Positions 10,067 through 18,603 of a DNA stretch of 64,000 nucleotides are shown piece after piece; within the stretch, counting starts at the first letter, position 1, and the number at the start of each line of letters is the position of its first letter. The notes under the pieces were generated by a model. It was given only the letters and a program-made list of their open reading frames with translations, was not told where the DNA came from and did not search any database. The position numbers and the translations under genes are program-made. The DNA comes from Fibrobacteria bacterium (lineage in GTDB: Bacteria; Fibrobacterota; Fibrobacteria; UBA11236; JADFYW01): the NCBI GenBank assembly GCA_050294405.1, contig JBNKOC010000001.1, positions 62,201-126,200 of the forward strand, in the 5' to 3' direction.

Positions 10067-10381
10067 ATGAAAATAGAACAGATAGCAAATACCTACGGAG
10101 TCGACCTGCAGAAAATGGCTGGGAACAAATCTGCTTCCAAGCCTGAAAAGTCTGAGAGAAAAAGCGATTCTGTATCTGTTTCTAAAGAAGCCAAGGACAT
10201 TAGTTCCACAAAGGCCTCTGCAGAAACCACTTCCAGACGCATTGAGGCTTTGCCCGATGTGCGCGCCGACAAAGTGGCGGAAGTGAAAGAACGCATTCAA
10301 AATGGGTTCTACGATACAGAAAAGTTTCGTTCTGAATTGGCTGAAAAGCTGATTAAAACTTTTAACTACCCTGCAGGATAG
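10067..10381 (+). CDS. flgM: flagellar anti-sigma-28 factor
   Basis: 104 aa; DSVSVSKEAK and PDVRADKVAEVKERIQNGFY...ELAEKLI match FlgM; sigma-28-type promoter upstream. Confidence 0.88.
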   Translation: MKIEQIANTYGVDLQKMAGNKSASKPEKSERKSDSVSVSKEAKDISSTKASAETTSRRIEALPDVRADKVAEVKERIQNGFYDTEKFRSELAEKLIKTFNYPAG

Positions 10382-10390
10382 ACCAAATTT

Positions 10391-10421
10391 AAAGGGAGCT
10401 CCATAGCCAAGGCTCCCTTTT
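10391..10421 (+). terminator. intrinsic terminator after flgM
   Basis: Stem AAAGGGAGC / GCTCCCTTT(T), 9 nt after the stop. Confidence 0.65.
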
Positions 10422-10496
10422 CGCATATCCATAGCCTTTAGTTTTTTTAGTTGTTTTGGAGTGCATCCTCCAATTAAGAACTTGTATAATGGATTT

Positions 10497-11300
10497 ATGA
10501 ATGTTTTTTACTGCCTATCTGCAGCCCTGGGTTTAATGCTTTTTGCCCAGGCTGCTATGGGGCAAGATGCTTTTATCTCTGCCGGGGAATGGGAACAGCC
10601 CAAGGCCGAAATCATTCGCTACGAGGTTCGAAAGACTTATTTAGGTAAAGAAATTAGGTTTAAAGCTTACTCTGTATTGGAAGGCCAGCATTACCAGGCC
10701 CAGAGTCAAAAAGTCAGCCGCAACAGCGCCGAGGGATGGTTTCCCATTTTAGTATATAGCCTGAATTACAGTTTTACTCGCGATGTTTATGAGCGCAATA
10801 CACAAACGCAACTTTTATGCTCCCGGCAAAAGGGAGTTCCTCTGGTGGAGGAAAAGGTTAAAATACTGGACTGGGACAATCCTTCCGAAAGAAAATTTCA
10901 TGCTGTAGATGGCTCCCCCCAGCTTAATGTTGTGAGCCGAAAAGAGGGTGTGCAAAATTATACCTTTAATCAGACTCCTGTGTATACGGCAGAACAGTTG
11001 TTTGTGTATTTGCGATCCCTGCCTTTGGAAAAAGGCTACCGGGAAAATATTTGGTTCTTAGGTCCCTTAACCGAAGAGGTGTACTCAAACAAGCCTTATA
11101 CATCGGAAATTGTGGTGCAGGGCCAAAGAGTATATAGGGATAAAAAAGTATGGTTTATAAGTGTTTCCGGACCTAAAAATACTTTTTATGAATTTTATTT
11201 AGATGTTAAGGGATTACACCAGGTGTATTACGCCAAATACCCCGATAACACCATATTCCAGTTGGAAAAACTGGAGTGGAAACGCTACTGGTTTTTTTAG
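10497..11300 (+). CDS. exported hypothetical protein, beta-rich
   Basis: Signal peptide ending AQAAMG; aromatic-rich alternating strands; ATG 10497 preferred over GTG 10461. No family recognised with confidence. Confidence 0.6.
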   Translation: MNVFYCLSAALGLMLFAQAAMGQDAFISAGEWEQPKAEIIRYEVRKTYLGKEIRFKAYSVLEGQHYQAQSQKVSRNSAEGWFPILVYSLNYSFTRDVYERNTQTQLLCSRQKGVPLVEEKVKILDWDNPSERKFHAVDGSPQLNVVSRKEGVQNYTFNQTPVYTAEQLFVYLRSLPLEKGYRENIWFLGPLTEEVYSNKPYTSEIVVQGQRVYRDKKVWFISVSGPKNTFYEFYLDVKGLHQVYYAKYPDNTIFQLEKLEWKRYWFF

Positions 11301-11321
11301 CGAGAAACTGCCAGAGCTTTA

Positions 11322-12509
11322 TCAAAACTCGTATCCCACACCTAACATAAAAATACCCTGCATATAATTTTCGTTGGAGGGGTAGAGTTGGTAACGGCTA
11401 AAGGGCTGAAACCCATTGTCTTCGCCCTTGGTATCCCGCCATCCATATTCATAGCCTACATCCCATTTGTGGGGCAACCAGGAAGAGTTTTGCCAGGATT
11501 CTGGAAAGCGGGATGCAAATTTCAACCCCAAATTTAGAAAGCTAAATTTGTGAAGGCGGATGTCTGAGGTATGATAAAGCTCATTTCCCGAATAAAATGT
11601 TTTGGCGAAGGCCGCCCCGCTTTGGTGGTAAAGGCGAGTGGACAATCTAAAATAGGAATTTCCTGTAACATAATGGAAAAATTGAAAGTCTCCAGTGTAG
11701 GATAACAATTCCCAACTATCCCGATACAGTCTAAAATTGCTATGCACGGAAGAAAGCCTGTTTAAAAAATTAAATCCGATTATGTATTGGCCGGCAAGAG
11801 CAAGCGAGGTTTTGGCATTGGGGAGTTTTTCCAATAACATGTTGCCGTTTGCTAAAATCACGGGAGTATAGGGATGCCCCAGCACTCCATTGCTTTGAAT
11901 GAGGTTAGCGGTAAAACTGGCCAGGGATTTTATGGATAACAATTGGGTGAGGGATAAGCTAATAGATTGAATGTCTCTTTTTCCTCCCAAACCTTTAAAC
12001 TCCCCTTGTGGATGGAGCTCATCATAAAACAGGGCAACATCGGCCCCCAAGGTGGTATTGCGTCGGTTAAAGTCCCAAGCTAAACTAAAACTGGGAGAGT
12101 ACGAGGTGTAATCGCTTTCATCACTGTAATAAAAGGAAGCGTCCATGTCTCTGCCATCGTTAGAGTATTTGACACTTAGCTTTTCCGAGTGGCGGATTTC
12201 TCTTTTTGAGGCACCGCTAAGACCGTCCAGTTTTAAATCGTTATCTCCCTGGCGGCCTATGTTCCTAAGCCCCAGGCGACGGGAGGCCCCAGAAACAGCA
12301 TCCAGTTCCTGATTCCAACCAAATTTCCATTTCTCACTTAAGGATTTTAACAAAACCAAAGTGGGAGTGTGGTTCCAAACTTTGTTTTTGTCCCAATAAT
12401 ACATGTATTTAAAATCCAGTTTGTCCCCTGTGGTCCAACCTAACAAAAAGGGGCAAAACCCCAGGCAAATGGCAAGTAACAAAAGCTTTTTGAACCTGGA
12501 TTTTAACAC
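11322..12509 (-). CDS. DUF3570-family outer-membrane beta-barrel protein
   Basis: Signal peptide; DAVSGAS, YYSDESDYTS, FNRRNTTL, HPY, RLYRDSW, SDIRL motifs; C-terminal VGYEF barrel signature; overlaps the DUF4266 stop. Confidence 0.8.
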   Translation of the reverse strand: MLKSRFKKLLLLAICLGFCPFLLGWTTGDKLDFKYMYYWDKNKVWNHTPTLVLLKSLSEKWKFGWNQELDAVSGASRRLGLRNIGRQGDNDLKLDGLSGASKREIRHSEKLSVKYSNDGRDMDASFYYSDESDYTSYSPSFSLAWDFNRRNTTLGADVALFYDELHPQGEFKGLGGKRDIQSISLSLTQLLSIKSLASFTANLIQSNGVLGHPYTPVILANGNMLLEKLPNAKTSLALAGQYIIGFNFLNRLSSVHSNFRLYRDSWELLSYTGDFQFFHYVTGNSYFRLSTRLYHQSGAAFAKTFYSGNELYHTSDIRLHKFSFLNLGLKFASRFPESWQNSSWLPHKWDVGYEYGWRDTKGEDNGFQPFSRYQLYPSNENYMQGIFMLGVGYEF

Positions 12510-12739
12510 CCGCAGCCGCCTCCCGAACCGGAGTTCCCCCCTGCAGAGCCTTCTCTGCGGGGTAGGTTATGGCTTTTTAACCCCTGCTCCACATTATCGG
12601 GTACCCGCTGCAAAATTGGATTTCCCAAGGTTTCTCTTTCGTAGGGCTTAACCTTGGCGCAGCCAATTAAAATAGGAAGATAAAACACAAGGCTAATTAA
12701 TATACTACGCCATAAGACTTTAAAGATATCCTTATTCAT
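12503..12739 (-). CDS. DUF4266-family small lipoprotein
   Basis: LIGC-AKVKPYERETL...REGSAGGNSGSGGGCGC; ATG at 12739 overlaps the upstream gene end. Confidence 0.85.
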   Translation of the reverse strand: MNKDIFKVLWRSILISLVFYLPILIGCAKVKPYERETLGNPILQRVPDNVEQGLKSHNLPRREGSAGGNSGSGGGCGC

Positions 12740-13472
12740 TGTTCGGATCTCCGTTTTCCATGGGGATATTCTTAGAGGGGCGAGCCCATCGGTAAGCCAC
12801 ATCATTGGGGTGGCAATACACGGCGCTGCAAGTCATTTCCACCGGATCGTAACTGGCTTCCCTGCCTTCAAATGCCATGGGATTATTCGAAGTTTCGTTG
12901 AAATCCACATCCACTTTTCCGTTGAGATGCGCAAAGGATGTTTGTAACTCTAACATTTCCGGCGGTGGGCCGGGACGTGGCGGTTGGAAAAGGGGTTTGT
13001 AGGCATAAAGAGTGTCAATACTTACCAAAGGCCAGTCTCGAATCATTTGTATATCTGGAAAATCCAAGGCATGGAACCTATTTCCATTAACATCCTGAAA
13101 AATAGAATCGGCAAAAGCCGTGTCGTGACCGGCGATGGAGTTAACATGGCAGTGCAAACATGTTATAGGCCGGTCGTTTGTGAGGCTGCTGTCCAGTTCG
13201 AAAAGGTGAAACACATGATTTGTATCTAAAAGAGGATAGGCATGGCAACTGGCGCAGTTAGGCCCAGCCTGGTCTATGCTATTTGCAGAGGTTAGTTCGG
13301 GTTCTGTCCATTGGCAATTTTGAAAAACTTGGAGGCAGGCAATTGCAAAAATGGTAATTTTAAGTGGATTTTTGGCGATTTTACTGCTTTTAAGGCAAAT
13401 CGGGAAGAAAATAGCCAATGGAAAGAATATGAAATTAAAAAAAATGCCAAGCATCAGTGCCACAAAGTACAT
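12732..13472 (-). CDS. multiheme c-type cytochrome (CxxCH x2 plus CxxxxCH), membrane-anchored or lipoprotein
   Basis: CASCH, CLHCH, HLNGKVDVDF...TCSAVYCH (CxxxxCH-type domain pattern); hydrophobic N-terminus with a possible lipobox FQNC. Start uncertain. Confidence 0.75.
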   Translation of the reverse strand: MYFVALMLGIFFNFIFFPLAIFFPICLKSSKIAKNPLKITIFAIACLQVFQNCQWTEPELTSANSIDQAGPNCASCHAYPLLDTNHVFHLFELDSSLTNDRPITCLHCHVNSIAGHDTAFADSIFQDVNGNRFHALDFPDIQMIRDWPLVSIDTLYAYKPLFQPPRPGPPPEMLELQTSFAHLNGKVDVDFNETSNNPMAFEGREASYDPVEMTCSAVYCHPNDVAYRWARPSKNIPMENGDPNNE

Positions 13473-13558
13473 ATATTTTTGTCATATTTCCAAGTGTCTG
13501 GTCTGAAGCCAAAATCACAATCACTTGAATTTCATTTGTTAATTAAGGGGGGAGCCTT

Positions 13559-14242
13559 ATGAAAGGTTTTTTATATGTATTGTTGTTGTTAGCGCTGTTT
13601 AATCCTGCATTTTCCCATCTTGAAGTAGGATCTTTATTGCCCAAAGGAGGGGAAACTTTTTACGTGGGTGATGCAATGACCATTGAATGGAATACGCTGC
13701 AAGCCCATGATGGTCGCTACGATATATACTTTTCCAAAAATGGGGGCGAAACCTATCCCTTGGAAATGGCCGGACCATGGCAGGGTTCCAGAACGGATGG
13801 AGAAAAAAACACCTATTTGTGGGAAATACCCGAAGATGCGGTAACTACTCAAGGTCGTATTCGTATTTGTCAATTGGCCGGAGGCCATTGTAAAGATCCT
13901 GGCGTATACATGATGGATAGTCCCGAAAACTTTTCCATTGAAGAAGAACCAGCTTCCATTGGACGCAATATTAAATCAGCTATAAATCCCTATAATTTTT
14001 CCATTACATCCCTGGAAAACAGATTGGATGTTCATTTCAATTTAGCCGAAGGCAATTCCGTGTCATTAAAAGCCTACGACTTAAGCGGAAAGCTGTTATC
14101 CACTTTAATTGAAAAAAACCTTGCAGGCGGAAATTACGAATTTAGCTACGATAGAGGTTTAAGTGGCAACAGTTCTGCGGTGGTATTTAAATTAGAAGTA
14201 AATGGTCTTTTTGCAGCTTCAAAAATATGGATGGCACCCTAG
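13559..14242 (+). CDS. secreted beta-sandwich protein with mature N-terminal His and a C-terminal sorting-type domain
   Basis: Signal MKGFLYVLLLLALFNPAFS|H; PKGGETFYVGDAMTIEW..AHDG.YDIYFSKNGG; C-terminal VSLKAYDLSGKLLSTL...G.Y; GGGGGAG RBS. Confidence 0.75.
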   Translation: MKGFLYVLLLLALFNPAFSHLEVGSLLPKGGETFYVGDAMTIEWNTLQAHDGRYDIYFSKNGGETYPLEMAGPWQGSRTDGEKNTYLWEIPEDAVTTQGRIRICQLAGGHCKDPGVYMMDSPENFSIEEEPASIGRNIKSAINPYNFSITSLENRLDVHFNLAEGNSVSLKAYDLSGKLLSTLIEKNLAGGNYEFSYDRGLSGNSSAVVFKLEVNGLFAASKIWMAP

Positions 14243-14313
14243 TCCATTTATTGGGAATCCTAAAAATTGACCTTCAATTTTTAGAGCCCTCCTAAAATAA
14301 AACAGTAGAATTT

Positions 14314-14346
14314 AATGCAGGTTCATTTTGGGCCTGCGTTTTTTTA
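14314..14346 (+). terminator. intrinsic terminator
   Basis: AATGCAGGTTCA-ttt-TGGGCCTGCGTT followed by a T-run. Confidence 0.6.
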
Positions 14347-14402
14347 TTTTTACCCTGCGGGAGCAGCTGGAATTTTTGCACCATTAGGGTAAAAGAGGAA
14401 TT

Positions 14403-15398
14403 ATGAAGTCAATTATTTTAGAAGAATACGGGGAGCACAGTCGTTTTATTCAAACTAAGGCCAATATTCCAGAACCAGGAGAAGGGGAAGTTTTGGTGAA
14501 AGTACGGGCCTCCAGTATCAATCCTTTGGATGCGAAAATTAAAAAAGGCCTCATCGGCCCGCCAGTTGCTTCTGCGTTACCTGCCGTATTACATGGGGAT
14601 TTTAGCGGTGAAGTCGCCAAATTGGGCGAAGGCGTTAATGTTTATGAATTAGGGCAAAATGTATATGGATATATTGGCGGGGTTTTGGGCTATAGCGGAG
14701 CTCTTAGTGATTATATAATTTGCCATGTAGGCCAATTGGCTCTAATGCCTAATAAGCTTAATTTTGAAGAGGCTGCAGTGCTTCCCCTTGCGGGAATAAC
14801 CGCCTGGGAAATGGTCATGGAAAGAGCCCAGGTTAAAAAAGGCCAAAAGGTTTTAATTTTAGGCGCCACTGGTGGGGTGGGGCATTTAGCTCTTCAACTG
14901 TGCAAGACTTTAGGGGCCAAAGTTTTTGCAGGATGTGGTCGTCCGGAAAGTGCGGAACTCGCCAAGCAATTGGGCGCAGATGAGGTTGTTTCTTATCAAA
15001 AAGATTTATTGGAAGAATATCAAAAAAAATCCAATGTTGAGTTTGATGTGGTGCTGGATATGGCGGGGGCTGAAAGTCTGGCCAATGCCTTTTTATTTTG
15101 TAAAAGAGGAGGCGTAGTGGCAACCATTGCGGCCCGTTCCGCTCAGGATTTAACGGCATTACATGTAAGAGGTCTTACCCTCCATGCCGTATTTATGTTG
15201 TTGCCCTTGTTTAATGGAAACGCTTCGCCCCGCTATGGCAAGATTTTACAGGAGCTTAATAAATTAGTGGATGAAAAAAAACTCAGCCCGGTTTTGGACA
15301 AGGAAAAATTTGACTTCAATGAAATCAATGAAGCCCATAGTTATTGGGCCAAAGGCCTGCATCTGGGGAAAATAGTGTTGATCAACAGGGATATGTAA
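14403..15398 (+). CDS. MDR-family NAD(P)-dependent oxidoreductase (quinone oxidoreductase-like)
   Basis: EVLVKVRASSINPLD, LHGDFSG, AAVLPLAGITAWE, GATGGVGH, GKIVL. Confidence 0.9.
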   Translation: MKSIILEEYGEHSRFIQTKANIPEPGEGEVLVKVRASSINPLDAKIKKGLIGPPVASALPAVLHGDFSGEVAKLGEGVNVYELGQNVYGYIGGVLGYSGALSDYIICHVGQLALMPNKLNFEEAAVLPLAGITAWEMVMERAQVKKGQKVLILGATGGVGHLALQLCKTLGAKVFAGCGRPESAELAKQLGADEVVSYQKDLLEEYQKKSNVEFDVVLDMAGAESLANAFLFCKRGGVVATIAARSAQDLTALHVRGLTLHAVFMLLPLFNGNASPRYGKILQELNKLVDEKKLSPVLDKEKFDFNEINEAHSYWAKGLHLGKIVLINRDM

Positions 15399-15429
15399 TT
15401 AAAGGTGCCTCAAATATAAGGGGCCTTAC

Positions 15430-16230
15430 TTAACGCAAATCATTTGCCACGATTTTAAAATACTCTCCATAAATTTTCACATGGAGCGGGGAAGGCTGCA
15501 CCTTGCTAATACCTTCCATATCCTTTAAAATTTTTTTTAAATCTGCTTCCACAAAAAATGCTTCTCTTAATTTGGCAAAGGCCAAATCCAGATTTGTGTT
15601 TGTGCGAATATCCGAATGGCCTAAATCACACTTTGGATAGGAAAAAAAAGGAAAGAGGGCGAATGCTTTTAAAAATCCTTTATCAATGAGTTGTCGTAGT
15701 AACAAATCATAGGGCAACCCGGAGCTAATGTTCTGCTCTAGCAATTGGGCGCATTTGGAAATAGAATTTGGATTGACAAAATAGGAAGTGGCTCCTGTGA
15801 GGCTTCTGTTTTTCAAATCGAAAATGCTTATGTTTCCATCTTGCTGGTATTGTTCCCACATTTCTAAAAAATTGAAAAAGTTGTTTAAATCGGGCTGAAC
15901 AAAAATATCGCTATATATTAAATCCCAGCTCTCGGGGTTTTGAGAAAGAATAAATTTATGGCAATCGTTAATTGAAGAACTAAGCGTCACATCATCTTCA
16001 TACACATGTAGGATTTCTTTTTGCCCGGAACAATTTTTTAACAACTGCAAATGGCTTAAGAAACATCCCTTCTCGCCCCCTTTTAATGGGCATTCAGGGT
16101 GCGTGGGCGAATCAGCAGTAAGCGCTTCGAATCGATTGTAGTTCAGTAAATTAAAAGCGGCTATTTGATGTTCCATGGCCAGTGCTTTGGCCTTTTGAGA
16201 TTCCAGGTTTATGTAAAAGCCCTTTATCAT
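15430..16230 (-). CDS. glycosyltransferase family 25-like protein
   Basis: FYINL, RFEA, GEKGCFLSH, VYEDDV, SYFV. Confidence 0.75.
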   Translation of the reverse strand: MIKGFYINLESQKAKALAMEHQIAAFNLLNYNRFEALTADSPTHPECPLKGGEKGCFLSHLQLLKNCSGQKEILHVYEDDVTLSSSINDCHKFILSQNPESWDLIYSDIFVQPDLNNFFNFLEMWEQYQQDGNISIFDLKNRSLTGATSYFVNPNSISKCAQLLEQNISSGLPYDLLLRQLIDKGFLKAFALFPFFSYPKCDLGHSDIRTNTNLDLAFAKLREAFFVEADLKKILKDMEGISKVQPSPLHVKIYGEYFKIVANDLR

Positions 16231-17372
16231 TTTTGCCCGCCAGCGAAGGTTGCTATTACTTGCATCGTCGCCATTTTTAAATTTTGAGGTCCGGTTTTGA
16301 TGGCTTCTTCCAATGTTAATGGCCCGGGTTGAATAGAAAAGGCCGCGCTAAGGCCTAATTTATGAAGATCTGTCCATTTTTTTCCAAGCACTCCCGCCAA
16401 AGCGATTACGGGTATGTTTGTATTTTTTCCCATTTGGCAGACCAGGCCCGGTACTTTTCCAAAGGCGGATTGGCCATCCAGAGCCCCTTCGGCAGTAATA
16501 ATTAAATTTGTTTTGCGGAGGTATTTGCTAAAATTGCTGCTATCCAAAATCAACTGGGCTCCGGGTTTTAATCTTCCTTTAAGAAAACTTAGAATCCCAA
16601 AGCCGGTGCCTCCCGCGGCTCCAGCTCCAGGGAACTGGGGATTGGAGTCTTTATTGAGTTTGCGGGCAAGCCGGGCAAAATGCCTAAGCCCTTTATCTAA
16701 CTCAGCCTGGTCTTGTGAACTCGCTCCTTTTTGCGGACCATATACATAGGCTGCTCCCTTTTTTCCGTAGAGCGGATTGCTTACATCGCAGGCCACCTCA
16801 ATTTGACCTGGTTTAAAAGCAATAAGATGGCTTAAATCTATTTGGGAAATGTGTTGCAGGTTTCTTCCAGAAGGAGGTAAAAGCATTCTCTTGCTATCAT
16901 AAAAACGAGCCCCTAAAGCCGTTAACATACCCATGCCTCCATCTGTTGAGGCGGAGCCGCCAATTCCCACCAAAAATTTCTGTATGCCCATTTTATGAGC
17001 ATGGAGAATGAGCTGCCCTAATCCAAAGCTCGAAGCCTCCAGGGCATTTCGTTGTAATGGAGGTATTTGCTGCAGCCCTGAACATAAGGCCATTTCTATG
17101 ACTGCCGTGTTTTTATTTAATATTCCGTATTGACTGGGGACTAAAACGCCCAATGGATTTTGGGCTTTAGCTCTGATTATTTTGAAATTATTTTCCCCTT
17201 TGAAAAAATCCAACAGACCGTCTCCACCATCAGAAAGAGGGACCTCAAAAATTTTGCCGCATAAGCCGGAAGCTCTTGCTCCTTCGGCCATGATTTTAGC
17301 TGCCCTTTGGGCGGTCATACTTTCTTTAAAAGCATTAGGAGCTAGCAATAGGTTTATCTTTTTTTGAGCCAT
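16227..17372 (-). CDS. glxK: glycerate kinase
   Basis: LAPNAFKESM, PLSDGGDG, IEMALCSGL, GIGGSASTDGG, ACDVSNPL, YGPQKGA, GAGAAGG, ITAEG..D.QS..GK. Confidence 0.92.
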   Translation of the reverse strand: MAQKKINLLLAPNAFKESMTAQRAAKIMAEGARASGLCGKIFEVPLSDGGDGLLDFFKGENNFKIIRAKAQNPLGVLVPSQYGILNKNTAVIEMALCSGLQQIPPLQRNALEASSFGLGQLILHAHKMGIQKFLVGIGGSASTDGGMGMLTALGARFYDSKRMLLPPSGRNLQHISQIDLSHLIAFKPGQIEVACDVSNPLYGKKGAAYVYGPQKGASSQDQAELDKGLRHFARLARKLNKDSNPQFPGAGAAGGTGFGILSFLKGRLKPGAQLILDSSNFSKYLRKTNLIITAEGALDGQSAFGKVPGLVCQMGKNTNIPVIALAGVLGKKWTDLHKLGLSAAFSIQPGPLTLEEAIKTGPQNLKMATMQVIATFAGGQK

Positions 17373-17528
17373 ATTGTTTCAAAATAATGTTTTAAACGCA
17401 GAATGTGGGAAATTTAAATCACAAAATTTCTGGGTAAATAAATTTTTAATAAGAACTAAATCCTTGAGGTATAAAATTTGAAATAACCTGAGAATTAAAA
17501 AGAAATCTATAAATTAAATTTTAATAAA

Positions 17529-17835
17529 ATGAAATTACCTAAGAACAGGCTTAACAGAAATTCAGCAATACTAAGGGCTATTTTTATCGGCTCTATTCTT
17601 TCTCTCCAGGGATGTAAAGTATTTCAGGAACAAATTACTTGCCCCAGTATTTTAAGGCTTAATGTATGTGTATTTGGGAAATACAATAAAGATTGCTTGC
17701 TTTAGCGAAGTTAATGGATACCAACGGATATTAGTGTTTAAGGAGGAAGCCCTCATAGATTCCTCAGCCTGGTTTAAACAGGAGGAATTAAGGAAAAGGG
17801 ATTGTAGTCTGACTTCTGAAGATATCTATTTTTAA
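17529..17835 (+). pseudogene. probable frameshifted lipoprotein remnant (two overlapping short ORFs)
   Basis: 17529-17705 gives MKLPKNRLNRNSAILRAIFIGSILSLQGC... (58 aa, lipobox LQGC). 17662-17835 gives MYVYLGNTIKIACFSEVNGYQRILVFKEEALIDSSAWFKQEELRKRDCSLTSEDIYF in another frame. Confidence 0.35.
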
Positions 17836-17914
17836 AATTTCGCAAAAAATCGCCTCAAATTTCTCCATAAATAACATCTTCTTAAATTGTCAGTAAAATA
17901 TATAAATTCCGTTC

Positions 17915-17943
17915 TTGACGTTTAGTCAGGTTAGTCCTATAAT
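17915..17943 (+). promoter_or_regulatory. sigma-70-type promoter of the 18020/18604 operon
   Basis: TTGACG, 17 nt, TATAAT; the spacer contains a TTAGTC direct repeat. Confidence 0.65.
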
Positions 17944-18019
17944 AACATTAAGCGCAATACTGCATAAAATCAGAGAGAACGGCTAAAAGCCAGGGGTCAC
18001 ATACAACCAGGAGACAGAA

Positions 18020-18583
18020 ATGGGAACCATTACCCGCGTTATAAAATATTGCCTGATTTTTTGTTGGGTATTACCCAGCTTCGGCACTACCATGTTTGAG
18101 TTGTCTTTAAGGGATTTAAGTCAGGAGTCGGAAAAAGTAGTTCAAGCTGTAGTCACAGCGGTTGTTCCCCAATGGAACAACGATAAATCAGCAATTGTAA
18201 CATATGTGCGCCTTAATATAAAAGATGATTTAATTGGAGAAGATGAAGACAATGAAATCATTATTAAAACCATGGGGGGTACTGTAGGCACTCTAACCCT
18301 TGATGTGGAAGGGAGCTCAAGTTATAAAGTGGGTGAAGAAAATATTTTATTCCTCATTAAAGATCCCGAAAATAGTACCGTGTCCCAAACAGTTGGAATG
18401 TTTCAGGGAAAATACATAATATACACCGATGAAAATAATGTCTCTCGCGTAAAACAGGATGCCCCGGAAGGAGGCGCTATGCTGCTAAAAAAGGCTTCTG
18501 GCAGTCCAGACCCGACTTTAGGGAACGGAATGTCCCTGGCTGATTTTAAAAATTCGGTATTAGAATACATAGGCGAAAAATAA
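18020..18583 (+). CDS. secreted protein resembling the N-terminal/pro-region found with bacterial matrixins
   Basis: Signal peptide; TT...LSLRDL...SEKVVQAVV...IVTYV...GGTVG...YKVGEENILFL...VGMFQGKY; 20 nt upstream of the matrixin gene. Confidence 0.6.
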   Translation: MGTITRVIKYCLIFCWVLPSFGTTMFELSLRDLSQESEKVVQAVVTAVVPQWNNDKSAIVTYVRLNIKDDLIGEDEDNEIIIKTMGGTVGTLTLDVEGSSSYKVGEENILFLIKDPENSTVSQTVGMFQGKYIIYTDENNVSRVKQDAPEGGAMLLKKASGSPDPTLGNGMSLADFKNSVLEYIGEK

Positions 18584-18603
18584 TAGGGGAAGGCGAGGAT
18601 ATT

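Noticed and set aside
12503..12520. Possible selenocysteine or readthrough at the C-terminal CGC of DUF4266
   Set aside because: The stop codon is TAA, not TGA.
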